In this document: in pieces, positions 1-11,705 of the stretch
How the letters are laid out: every line of letters begins with the position of its first letter
Position numbering within the stretch: the first letter of the stretch is position 1
Assembly (NCBI GenBank): GCA_976551045.1
Contig: CDPCPM010000263.1
Location: 3,906,001-3,970,000 of the forward strand
Length of the DNA stretch: 64,000 bases
Reading direction: 5' to 3'
Source: Glaucostegus cemiculus
Taxonomy: Eukaryota
Made by a program: the position numbers and the translations under genes
Notes under the pieces: generated by a model
Seen by the model: only the letters and a program-made list of their open reading frames with translations
Databases searched by the model: none
Told to the model about the DNA's origin: nothing

Positions 1-1469
1 GCCTAAACAATTAAAGAAGGGATTGAAATTAGTTTATTAAGAGGAATTTTAGGGCATAGAACTTATGAAAACAGAACTCACAATAGCTTTTAAGGGTAGT
101 AAATAAGTGAATGGAAAAAAAAACATTAACAAGGCAGGTGAAGGAGTCTTAATAATTATCTGCAATACAGATCCAGCATGCACAATGAATTGAATGTATT
201 TCTGAACTCAGTACTACAAGATTCCATCATTCTATGGAATAACATTTATCAAAGTCCAGCTGGAAAAGCTATTGGGAGTTTTAGGTGACAAAATGTTGCA
301 TTGAAGTGTGAAAGGGGAAGGGTGTGTTAGGGAAGAAACATCAACAGCCAGGTTTCTGGTATGTAGTCATTACTTGGTCACACTGAGAAAGTTTTGATGA
401 AGAGTGGAGTAACTTATCAACACCCAGCATCACAGATTAAAAACTGCCACTTGTAAAAGACACTAGATATTTCACAGTATTGTGGAAGTGTATAATTGGA
501 TGAATATACACTTCAATTTTTGCCCAAGTTGTACAGGCATTTTTACTGATCACTTCTGGGATCCAACAGAGCACTTTCGATCAAAGGAAGGCGCAGATTA
601 AATTGGTAAAGAATCCACAATTAGAATATGTAAAGCACTCAAAGAAACAAGTAAGGGAACAAGACTGATGGAAATGTTCTGAGAGTTGACACAGACTCAA
701 TGGGCCAAATGGCCTCCTCCTACAGCATAAGGAAACATGGGACAATTAAATTTGCTGAATGGACTTCAAGATTTATTGAACAAAAGCCATACACATAGGA
801 ACTTCTATCCAATTGTCAAGGGGAATCATTTGTCTGCAGATTTTTATTGCAGTACTTTGCTTCTGACTTTCCCATTTTCCCTCAAGGGCATTTTTCAGAA
901 CAGTACTCTGCTCAAGTGGCTGTTCTTTGTGTGTCAATGTAGTGTGTTACTGGGCTCTTCACCAATACAGATAAAACACCCATCCAGTCCAGATATCCAT
1001 TTATGACAGACGCCTCAGAAATACTTCTGCCACCTCCCCCCACCCCCAAGAGGGATTTCTAAGAGATTTTCCATAACGAATTTTATCAGGGACCACTGCA
1101 CTTTAATCCAAAAATACAACTGTTAATTAAAACTTAAAAGAAAGATGACAATCGCAAAATTAAAAATCACTTTGTCAAGTTGATGACTACCAAGCTCTCA
1201 AGATAAAGGAGCATTTATATACCACAATATTACATCTCTTAGAAATTTCCCAAAGTGCTTCAAAAAACAATGGAAAAGGCTAAAAATGTTGCCAAGAGGA
1301 GCAATAAGCCTAAGGATTGGGAATATTTCATTCTGTTAAGTAGTAATGAGACTAATCAAGCAAGGAATCAATCAAGCAAGTACTGCGGGTATACAAAAAC
1401 TAGTTGGGACCTTTACATACTGATGCAAGAGAAATTTCAATGGGAAAATGGCAAGTACTTTTTGGTTCA

Positions 1470-2965
1470 TCTTCATGGATGAATATACAGAAAATTTCTC
1501 AGAAAAAATGGAGAAGAGATCCAGAGCGAATGAGCTGAATAAAATTAGTGTGAGAATGACAGGGCTGACAGTTAGAAAATCCCCAGCACCTGATGATCTA
1601 CATCGCAAGATTTTGTAAGAAGTGGTTACGGAGATGGTGACTGCCTTTATTTTGAATTCGATAGATTGTAAAATGAGTCTCACAAATTGGAGAGGTAGCA
1701 AATGTAAATTCCACTATTTGCAGAAGGGAGAAAATGGGAAACTATCCTATCAAGTTTCATAAGAATTCCATATATTTCTTTGAGATCACGTCTCATTTTT
1801 CTGGACTATAGTATACGCCTGGTTTCACAGATATCACTAAGAAAAATGTTTCAATTATCAAGGATGCGGGAACAGGGCACTGAAAAGATAGCAACCAACC
1901 TGGGCAGAGCCAACATAGTAAATTATTTTTGACAAATCAGCACTTTTTTTTTTGAGGGGAGGAACCAGTGGATGTTGTAAATATGGACCTTTAGAACATC
2001 TTCAGTGAAGCACCACATAAAAGGTTATTAAACAAAATTACAGCATATAGGATTACTATTAAATTACCCAGGTACACTAAGAATTGGTTAACAAAGAACA
2101 GGAATAAATAGCTCATTTCCTCGTTGGGAGTCTGAATTATGGGGTGCCACAGGTATCTATGCTGGAGGCCCAGATGTTCACAGGCCATAGTAATGATTTG
2201 GATGACGGAAGTACATAGCAAAAAAAACAAACTGGTAGAGGAACTCAGCGGGTCAGGCAGGATCTGTGCAGGCAGAGGAATAGTCAACATTTTGGGTCAC
2301 GTCAGGAGAACATCGACTATCTCTTCACCTCCACAGATACTGTCTGACCTGCTGAGTTCCTCTGGAAGTTTGCTTTTAACTCCAGATTTCAACATCTGCA
2401 GTCTCTTGCATCTCACCAGATATATCAAGTTTGCTGATGATACAAAGTTATTGGGGGTTGTGAGGAGCTTCCAGGGACTTTCAAGGAGATATCAACAGGC
2501 TATTTGAATGAGCAAGGCCACAGCAGATGAAATAAAATGTGAAAGATGCAATTTCATCCATTTTTGTAGAAAAACAAATGGTGAAAGTTTGAAAGCTGTT
2601 TGCATTTAAAAGGATCAGTACACTTGCACTTGAATCACTGAGTTAACAGATATGCAAGCAATTAGAAAAGCAAATGGCATAGAGGTCTTTATTGCACGAG
2701 AATTAGAGTACAAAAGCAAAATTGCTTCACTGCAATGTACATAGGGCCCTGAATATTGTGTGCAAGTCTGCTCTTCCTACCCAAGAAAGCTGCAACGGTG
2801 ACAAAGGGAGTGCAACAAGGGCTTGCCAGAATGATTCCCAGGAAGGGAACATGTACTGAAGAAAAAGCAAACTTGGCCTATACTCTCTTCAGTTTAGAAG
2901 AATGAGAGGTGATCTCATAGAAATGAAGAATTCTTATGGATTTGACAGGGAGATGCAGAGAGGTA
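1470..2965 (+). mobile_element. Decayed CR1-type LINE ORF2 (RT) fragment, interrupted by a palindromic insert at about 2215-2415
   Basis: YIKFADDTKL RT motif at about 2421-2450; downstream text typical of CR1 ORF2 3' half; many stops and frameshifts. Confidence 0.8.
2215..2415. repeat. Palindromic Penelope-pLTR-derived short element
   Basis: Arms AGAGGAACTCAGCGGGTCAGGCAG (2237-2260) and CTGTCTGACCTGCTGAGTTCCTCT (2340-2363); inserted into a CR1 fragment. Confidence 0.75.
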
Positions 2966-2974
2966 AGGTAAGAG

Positions 2975-4170
2975 CGATTTCCCTTAACATCCAGGCAGCA
3001 TTTAAATGAGTGTGGCATCAAGGAGCCCTGTAAAACTGACATCATTGGACATCATTAGCTTAACATTACAGTGGTTGGAGTCACAACTTGCAGAAAGGAA
3101 TATGACTGTTGTTCTTGGAGGACAATCATCCCAGCCCCAAGACATCATAGCAGGAGGTCCTCAGGACACTGTCTTAGGTCCAACCAACTTCAGCTGGTTT
3201 AATGACTTTCCTTCCATCAGAACTTCAGAATTGAGTATGAACTGATGATTGCAATGGTGTCCATTTCCATTTGCAACTGCTGAGAAAGAGCAATCCATCC
3301 GACATGCAACAATATTTAGGTTTGTGCTAATTAATTGCAAGTAACACTGATGCTGAAGAATTGTCAGGCAATGACCATTTCCAGCAAGAGAGTCTAACCA
3401 GCTACCCCTGACTATCACCAGATCATCTACCACCAACATCATGGTAGTAGGGTGGTTACCCCTGACCAGCCATGTAAACAATGGACCTGTTCTTGTAGTC
3501 CATTGTTTTCCAAACTTGTCTTGCAGTTGGTGAAAAGGCTTTCAGATGTCAGGAAATGGGTCACTCACCACAGAACATGTGGCCTCTGTGGTGAGTGACC
3601 CATTTCCTGACATCTGAAAGCCTTTTCACCAACTGCAAGACAAGTTTGGAACTTGACCAGTAACCCACTGCAGAGTGGCTGAGGTATATGCCATTGACAA
3701 AATGCACTGCAGTTAGCTAAGCTTCTGCAAACCTGCAACCTCTACTGCCAAGAAGGACAAAAGCTTCGTGGATATTGGAAACTTTCATCTGTAGATTCCC
3801 CTCCAAGACATATACCATGCTGAGTTGGAAATATATCACCACTGTTTTGACATTCACTGGGTTTAAATAGCACCATAGAATCATGCAGCACATACACAGG
3901 CCCTTCAGCCCATCATGTCCATGTTGACGATTAAGTACTCATCTATACCATTTCAATTTAGCAGCATTTGGTCTGTAGTCTTCTAATCCTTGCATTTCAA
4001 GTGATCTACCTACTTAATTGTGGCACTCCCAACACAACACCATTGTGGGAATACTTTCACCAGAAGGACTGCAGTGGTTCACAACCATGATTTACCACCT
4101 GTCTTTTCAAAGACAATTAAATGGGCAATAAATGCTGACCTTGCCAGCAACATCCAATCAACAAAAAATA
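2975..4170 (+). mobile_element. Decayed CR1/L2-like LINE fragment with 3' tail, containing the fold-back hairpin and a small reverse CR1 tail (about 3875-4010)
   Basis: LQWLESQLAERNMTVVLGGQSSQPQDIIAGGPQDTVLGP resembles the RT 'GVPQGSVLGP' region; tail shared with 26460-26830. Confidence 0.72.
3508..3651. repeat. Perfect inverted repeat, 67-bp arms, 10-nt loop
   Basis: 3508-3574 is the exact reverse complement of 3585-3651; loop ACATGTGGCC. Confidence 0.97.
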
Positions 4171-4719
4171 ATTTGAAAACCACAGGCAGTACTTCTTGGT
4201 GGAATTTAACACAGTAATGGTAATTAACTTAAACAAGCAGTAATATTTCTATAAACTCAATATAAGGAATTAACACTTTGTATTGTGTGCTACCACTGTC
4301 AATTCCTCATCATAAATATTTCATGCAACAGCTAGCTACTGCAACTAAAGGCAAAATTGTATGTTATTTTAAATGCAAGACTGTAAAGAGTTAATATAAA
4401 ATCTGAGATACTGGGTACTCAATTCCCTACTAAATTGCAATACCTATCAACTCCAAAATCCGTTCCATTTAAACTGGAGGGATAGTTTCACAATTTTTGC
4501 AAGGCTCTCAAAAGAAAAGATGGAAAATTTGTGATATGAAATAATTTTTGCAAACCAATCTTTTAATCAATGCCAAAAATGCTGAGAGACAACAGAAAGC
4601 ATGAACAGTTTGAATTATACACGATTAGGTGAAATTATGACTTAAAAAATGTTGCTCTCTGGTCCCAGGTGAATAAATACTGATTGATCCAATCACACTA
4701 AAAAGACATTTTCCCTCTT

Positions 4720-5057
4720 TTAGCAAAGGGTTGACACAAGACTGCAATCGTCAGGATTACCGCCCTCCCAGCCACTCAAGAATCCCAAAGGGCTGACTTT
4801 GGTTACAAAATGACCTGGTAGGAGTGGAGCTTTCTCCAGGTGACATTTATGGAGATGCTTGCCTTTTAAAGCCACTGCTGCCACAGAGGAGGCACTGGAA
4901 GTTGGGGTCTCTCCCATGTGACTTTTCTTGTGGCCAATCAGGTGATTGTGGGACTGACACTGCAGGCCACACTGCTCGCACACAAATCTTTGAGACTTGT
5001 AATGGACACCGTGGTGATTTCGAGCATGGACCCGAAGGTAGGCAGCCGTGGTGAAAC
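4720..5057 (-). CDS. VEZF1: VEZF1 coding exon 5 (completes finger 7, encodes finger 8); drawn to the first in-frame stop, may instead end at an internal donor (4863 or 4815)
   Basis: Acceptor ATCTTTGTGTAG|GT in phase 1; (G)FTTAAYLRVHARNHHGVHYKSQRFVCEQCGLQCQSHNHLIGHKKSH; TAA at 4722-4720 gives a 427-aa product. 5' boundary is firm, 3' boundary uncertain. Confidence 0.82.
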
Positions 5058-7307
5058 CTACACAAAGATAGGGATTTCAGGTGATAAAAACTAAACACAA
5101 ACAGCTTCACATCCACAACTTCAGGGGCACTTAAGTCTTATTTCAAAAGAAGTTCATGAAGTTAAACATGTTAACACATTTTATCACAAAACATCAAGAT
5201 TACATTAATGAAAATTATATTGTATTTTAACTGGCTATAACATTCCCTGAGAATTCTTATACAAATGCAGCATGCAAAGTCATTCTAATTTACTGTGCTG
5301 AAGATTTTCTTCAGTAAATTGTTATCTCACTGCATAAGAACACACAATACGTCACAATTATTGTTCTGCTGTGAAACTGTCTGTAGGTAAGAAAGAGAAC
5401 CTAAGTTTTAAAATAGTGAAGCAGCAATTATACGCTGCAGAAGATATGAGAACCCTGACTTCAGGAAATGGAACTAGAAAGGAAAGTGGCCATCTTGCTT
5501 TATCAATTACAGTGGGGAAGCTGCAAATATTTTTGATATCATACTAGAGTCAGGAATTGTGTCCTTGGACTGAAAACTTCCTCTGTTATTTGAGGCGAAA
5601 GGTAAGTTGAGTTGAGGAAACTATAAAACAACCTAACTTTCATTTTAGGAAGCTGTTGAAATAGGTTATTGGGAAAAGAATAACTTAGCACTTATACTGA
5701 TGTGGACTGATCAGAAAGTTAGTACTAGGAGGGAATGGCTTTAAGGATGCCACCAGCCTTCTCCATATGCTCATTCTTTGGGTGCAGACAAGTGAATATG
5801 TGTAGGCCATTGAAGAGAGACGAGTCTTTATCCGATGTTCATATCTGCACTTCTTACCACAGGGTACCGAATGGGAAACAGCTGCGCGAATCATGGCCAA
5901 TACTTTTTTCATCTGTTGCCTAGTTTTAAGCATCTGAAGGGCCTAACAAACATTCCACCCAAAACTAATTACTTCCAATAATGAGCAGGGGAAAAGACAG
6001 TACATTTTTCATCTATGTAACTTCAGGAAGAACACTTGTATATTGGCCCACAATGGGAGCTGCAAACATTCTAATCTCACAAGGGAACAAGATGACACTC
6101 CACTTGGAGGAGCAACCTTTGTACAGGATTTTAATGCTCAACGAATTTATTATACAAGGAAATCGAACAGCAGGGTATTTTTTGTTTTGGGAGAATTGAC
6201 TGAAAAAAATTATTTTCTCTTTGTGAAATGTTCATCATCACTTATCTTTTATAATATGGAAAAGAGCACTTTGGTGTGGATTTCTGTAAATTAAAATTTT
6301 TAATTGGATTGGCAAGAACATAATTCAAATGGACTCAGTCGGGCAACATCAGAGTATTCCTTCTAAAAAAAAGTGACAAATAGTCTGACCAGCAAAATAC
6401 TTAGGGTTTAATTGAGTAACATCAATGGAACTCCAACATGGAACTTTCATATGAACACCTAAGCACTCTACTGCTTAAATGTGTAATAAAATTCTCTGGG
6501 GATAGGCTGGGAGTTTTTTTTTTAAATGCATATAACATGCCTAGATACACTGTAATTAGGTAAGAAGAAAAATACCACATCACCACTGTTCAAATTTCCT
6601 CTCATTACATTCCAATTTACCAACACCTGACTTAAGGATGACAAGGAACTGGTACAGGGCAGCACCCAATTATTTACGCCAACAGGTGGCAATGTTAGAA
6701 GAAGAATTTTGAATTCCTAAATTACACTTCAAGCACAATTTAAAAGCACTCAGTTGGCATGATGATCGGTGACTGAAAGTTCTCCAGTTAAAATAGCAAA
6801 CCAATTTTCTCAATACCTACAAAAATGGCAATTTCTTTTAGTTGATTTCAGAAAAATAAAATGTTGGACTAAAGCTTTCCCAGTTTATATTACTGGAGTT
6901 AGAGCTTGTAATTTGGGACTAACTGAGAGAATTGCGATAAGAATACACCTATTACTATAACACCTTCATCAAGAGGTGCAGAAATCTGTTGTTCAATTCC
7001 ACAAACTGGGAACAATAACTTTTAAAACTACCTAAGGAATGACTTCTGTAAAATATTTTCATAAAGCCTTTTCCCACATTTATTAATATGAAGACAAAAA
7101 TGCTGGAACAACTTGGGCAGTCAAACAGCAGCTGTGGAAAGAGAAACTAGCTGATGTTTCATTGACCCGAAATGTTATCTGGTTTCTTCACAGATGCTGC
7201 TTGACTGAGCTGTTCCAGCATTTCTATTTTTGTTTCAGATTCCAGAATCTGCCGTTGTTTTCGTTGTCTTTTAAAGGTATCTAGGAATTCTACCAAAAAT
7301 GCCATAC

Positions 7308-7479
7308 CTTTGTTACAGACATTGCAGTTGTGATTTTGATTGTGGTTATGCATTTTGATGTGGTTGGAGATGTAAGCTGCACTCAGCAGTTTGCCACAGA
7401 TGTGGCAGGACACCTTTCCTTCGTGGCGTATCATGTGTGAACGCAGGCGATCTTTGGTGGCAAAAGCTGCATCACATGT
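7308..7479 (-). CDS. VEZF1: VEZF1 coding exon 4 (rest of finger 5, finger 6, CxxC of finger 7)
   Basis: 172 nt; acceptor CCTCATAG|ACA, donor AAG|GTATGG; TCDAAFATKDRLRSHMIRHEGKVSCHICGKLLSAAYISNHIKMHNHNQNHNCNVCNK. Confidence 0.96.
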
Positions 7480-9437
7480 CTATGAGGACACAAGACAGCC
7501 ATTAATGACCGTTTTACTAAATGTATTATACAACTCATGTTATCAAATTCACTTGACAATGATACCATTAAGTAATTCAATTATTATTTCTGAAATGCAG
7601 TTCTATACATTAACAACAAAATTTAGTACCAGAACCATCAATATATTCCTGTTGTCATTTGTTAAGTCTTGGCGGATAGAATGTAAAACAAACACACAGC
7701 TCTTCTAGTTTCATGTTTGCACTTGTCTGCAGGACTAGTTGCTAACCTCAGTTGTACTAGCTTCAGATGAAACTAAGCAGACGTTGAATAACATTTTCTT
7801 ATCATTAATGAGAACAACACGACTGGTTACAATGACACTGACAGAACCCCGGTAGCTGGACCCTGTTGGAAAATGGCAGTTAGCTCAAATATAAAAGGAT
7901 ATGAAACCCTTGTATATTTGCTTACATTAAAAAACTCTTATTTCATCACCATGAGAAGTGTGATGGAACTGAATTTTTTTTAAAAATATAAATATTTTCA
8001 ACCATGATTAAGGAATTGGTTGTTGAGTGATATTTGATGATCAATACCATTTTCTATTAAAGGGTTCACTATATTCAGTTCTGGTGTTCAGGTGGCATCA
8101 GATATAGAACAGTCAAGCAAGTGGCATTTCAGTACATGTACAGGAATGTGGTACTCACCGCCTCACTTCTATTCAATTATGTCACGACCTACCTGTTTGA
8201 TAACACCACTTGCTCACCTTAGTTCTATACTTCAACCAACAAATCCCAATTTAGAATCTTTCAGTCAACCTAATCTAAACAATTTTTATTTTGTGCGCGC
8301 GTGGGGTATGGGGGGGTGGAGGGAGGGGCCATAGAAGTTCTAATATTGAGATAAGTTGGAATTCTGATATCACTCCTGATGATACAACCCTTGTTTTAGT
8401 CAATCACAGGAATAAATTATCATTTCCGTTTGTGATGGCAAGTAGAGAGAGTTTAGTATTAGGTCCAGGATACCCTAGAATAGAAATATTCTTCACATCA
8501 ATCATTCATGAGGAGCTCTAACAAAAGGTGCCAAATAGGGTGGAGAAATAAACAGCAGATATATTCTAATAAGGTTCTTGTTTGTAAAGGTTTTGTTTAA
8601 AGATCTCTAGTTTTTGATACTATTCCCTCTAGCACACTTATTTCTCCTTTATCCAATCTTGTTTCATGAAGTATACTCACAATCACTCGAATTTCCACAG
8701 CCACAAAAGAAAACCTCTAGTCTTTAGAATCAGTGGGAATGTAATTCTCATATCTACCAATTCAAGAAACATTCCCAGTAATCTATTTTCCCTCAATTTC
8801 ATGGCACGTACTTGCTTAAATCTCAGGTTTTTTTTGTTAAATCTTTCTCCATTGCACAGCATTAACTTTGGAGAATCTTGGAATAACAATACTCACAAAA
8901 CCCATTGAAAGATGTGCATTTCTATAATACTTTTCTCCAAACCATGAGAATGTCAATTGAACACCACAAAGCAAATCAAGTAATTGTGATCCCCAGTGAG
9001 CAACAGGTGGACACTAGAGCACTTGGCTTGCAACTGGAAGCCCTCAATATTCCCACTTTACAGTTGATACATCAGTCTTCCCAAAGAAGGGGAGGGGTGA
9101 AGTAAGGGCAGGTTGTGGGGGAGGGGGAGTAGGGAAGAGAAGACGGGAAATGGAGTTGGGCAAAGTTGGAGTGGCAACCCTTCCCCGCATCCCTCAAATG
9201 AGCTAGCAAGTAACCCACGGAGCTGCCCTGGCAGCACTTGGCAATGGACCACTTCTTCACCTTCTTCCCATGGGGATCGCAAAGATGTGCAGCAAGAAAA
9301 TGATAAAATATACTTTGAGTTAAAGAACAGTTTTGGAACTTTTGACAACCTTTTGAAATTGACAATCTTTGAACATTTCTTTATCCATTTGGACAACACC
9401 TCTTAACTGGCTTTAAAACAGAAAAATAGGAAGTTAC

Positions 9438-9501
9438 TTGGCATTTGAAGGGTCTCTCTGTGGAATGAACATGTTTGACATGACAGCTCAGATGATCTGG
9501 C
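9438..9501 (-). CDS. VEZF1: VEZF1 coding exon 3 ((R)PDHLSCHVKHVHSTERPFKCQ)
   Basis: 64 nt; acceptor TTTTTTTCCTCTCCAG|, donor CAA|GTAACT; phase fits exon 2 (2) and exon 4 (0); peptide matches VEZF1 as recalled. Not in the ORF track. Confidence 0.96.
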
Positions 9502-10601
9502 CTGGAGAGGAAAAAAAGGCCATGGATTAGATTTAAACAGAATAAACACATTTACATTTTAAAATTAACTATCAAAAGCTCTGTTTGATGACTTTATAAA
9601 CATATGCACACTCCAAGACAATAACAGCCCTTATTACACAGAAGCTCCAAAGCATCAGCCAGTGGCATTAGCTGATTTTGACTGGGACAGCAGTAGTAGC
9701 TTTTATGCCTCTGCACTGTCCACAAACAATTCAAATAACCGCAGCTTAAGCAGAGTTAAAAATGAACGGGTTAAACAAAGACAAAGATGTCCAATCATGT
9801 ATCAGGATGCCTTGTCAACCATATTGAACTTACATTACTTTCTTATTCATGTTTCAACTCATTGACACTAATGTTTATTAAATGTCAGCCAATAAAAACA
9901 GCCTTTGAAACTGATAGATTCATAAAATTGCATTAGGACAAAGTGATAAATTTCTTGAGTTTCAAACCCTTTTGCATTCTATTTTGCAAACATTTTACAT
10001 TCAGTTTGTATTTACTAATTTCTTTTAAACAAAAACATTGGAAAGCATACAATATAATTTCCTGATAAAAGCATAAGCGATTACAGAATATCACCAAATC
10101 TATTTGGTCATTATAAAGGGATGCTAGAATGTTACCTGTGAGCAAGTCCCTCAAAAAAAACTATGAACTTGCAGTATTTTGCCCAGCATTGCTATTGGCA
10201 ACCAAAACAGACAAAGAAGCTAAGTCACTTTCAAAGTGCCCCATTAACCCATTTCACCTGGCCTCGCCCTCTGCCACCTACTCTCCAACTTAAAACCACC
10301 TTTTAAAAAAATCTTTTTCCCAGTTCTGACAAAGGGTCTCTGACTGGCGAGAGTAACCATTTCTTACCACAGATGTTGCCTGACCTGCTGATTATACAAT
10401 GCTACGTGTCTATGATGCTGCTGCAATTAAGTTTTTCTTTGTACCTGTGCATACATGTACTTGTGCATATGACAGTAAACTCGACTAGACTTTACAGCAT
10501 TTTCTCTTTTATGAATTTACTACTTGTACTTTATCTGCAATGGTCCCAATTACCACCTCCCTTTCTTCTCCATACCATCCCCTAAACCTTGTAGTTTTTA
10601 C

Positions 10602-11278
10602 CTGGAGAATCCCTTTCCACAAAGGCTGCAGATGTAAGGTTTGTTGATGCCCCCTTCATGTGACCGCACATGATAACTCATGCGATCCTTTCTCTTGAAA
10701 CGTTGCTGGCAAACTGGACACTCAAACGGCTTTTCGTCCGAGTGCGAAAGTTTGTGCCGGTTGAGGTGGTAAACGTCACGGAATGCTTTGCCACACAGTT
10801 CACAGCCATGATTCTTCTTCACTCGCCTGTTTGCATTCTTGCTGGCTGTGACTGCCGAGGTGCTGCTGGTGACAGTGGAAGTGGAGGCGGCAGTCGTAGT
10901 CAGCATCCCTGCAACAGTCGACACCAGCGACGCCGTGCCACCCACACCGGGCGCCGACGACATCAGTGAAACCATGGTCGGCACTTTCCTCGGCCGTGAG
11001 ACCAACTTGATTCCTGTGTGGCATGACTCATGTCGTCGCAGGTGATAACTGTCTCTGAATGCCTTGCTGCAGTAACTGCAGATCACTGGTGTTCTGGTTT
11101 TCTCCTTCTTCTCTACAGTCACCGTGGGTTTTGGCGCTTCTTTGGGATCGGGGGTTTTTGGGGCTGCAGGCAACGTGGTCACGGGGACTTGCTCACGTGG
11201 CTCATTGACTGAATGCAGTATTGGCAGCAGGTTATTCTGCACATGTTGCTGGTGTTGCTGCTGCGAGACATCAGCTGC
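10602..11278 (-). CDS. VEZF1: VEZF1 coding exon 2 (Q-rich N-terminus, C2H2 fingers 1-3 and first half of finger 4)
   Basis: Acceptor TTTTGTAG|GCA, donor AG|GTAAAA; 677 nt open frame with CSYCSKAFRDSYHLRRHESCH, CELCGKAFRDVYHLNRHKLSH, CPVCQQRFKRKDRMSYHVRSH and CSLCGKGFSR, typical of VEZF1/MAZ. Confidence 0.97.
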
Positions 11279-11477
11279 CTACAAAACACAAGTGAGAGTC
11301 AGCTGAACACTGCTGTACTTCAAAACTGGCTTTTTCTGTACAGATGAACTCATCCAACTGCATCTTGTGAACTTGATACTTATAGTTAAAGCCTTCCACC
11401 TTGGCTTTGTAGTTACAAGCACTTTTGGTTTTCCCTTACCTGCATACCAACTGGTTGGAAGGTTAACTGTGACATGG

Positions 11478-11705
11478 AGACACAAGAGACTGTAGATGCT
11501 GTAAACTGGAGCAAAGAACAAACTGCTGGTGGAACTCATCGGGTTAGGCGAAGGGAAAAGTCAACATTTTGGGTGAAGACCCTACTTAAGGACTCCTGAT
11601 ATCCCGATGTAGGGTCTTGACGTGAAATGTTGACTATCCCTTTGCCTTCACAGATGCTGCCTGACCCACTGAGTTCCTCCTGCAGTTTGTTTTTTTTGTT
11701 TCAAG
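11478..11705. repeat. Palindromic Penelope-pLTR-derived short element
   Basis: GGAACTCATCGGGTTAGGC...GCCTGACCCACTGAGTTCC inverted arms; further family members at about 7095-7250, 10320-10395, 18097-18185, 23225-23320, 23978-24095, 24665-24790, 43200-43265, 62060-62200 and 62805-62925. Confidence 0.75.

Noticed and set aside
3508-3651. Hairpin as a canonical pre-miRNA or terminator
   Set aside because: The stem is perfectly paired, too long and LINE-derived; no known miRNA was recognised; intrinsic terminators do not apply to this context.
5685-5933. 82-aa ORF in VEZF1 intron 4 as a coding exon
   Set aside because: No similarity to VEZF1 or MAZ tails, and its frame does not fit the phase-1 exon 4 donor at the visible acceptors.
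7159-7307. Extension of the exon 4 ORF (GMAFLVEF...)
   Set aside because: Read-through past a good donor into a pLTR-derived repeat; no evidence it is coding.
10598-11278. Calling the zinc-finger gene MAZ or PATZ1
   Set aside because: N-terminal exon, finger 4-5 sequence (PDHLSCHVKHVHSTERPFKCQ) and adjacency to SRSF1 fit VEZF1; there is no BTB domain and no MAZ-type poly-Ala/Pro tracts.
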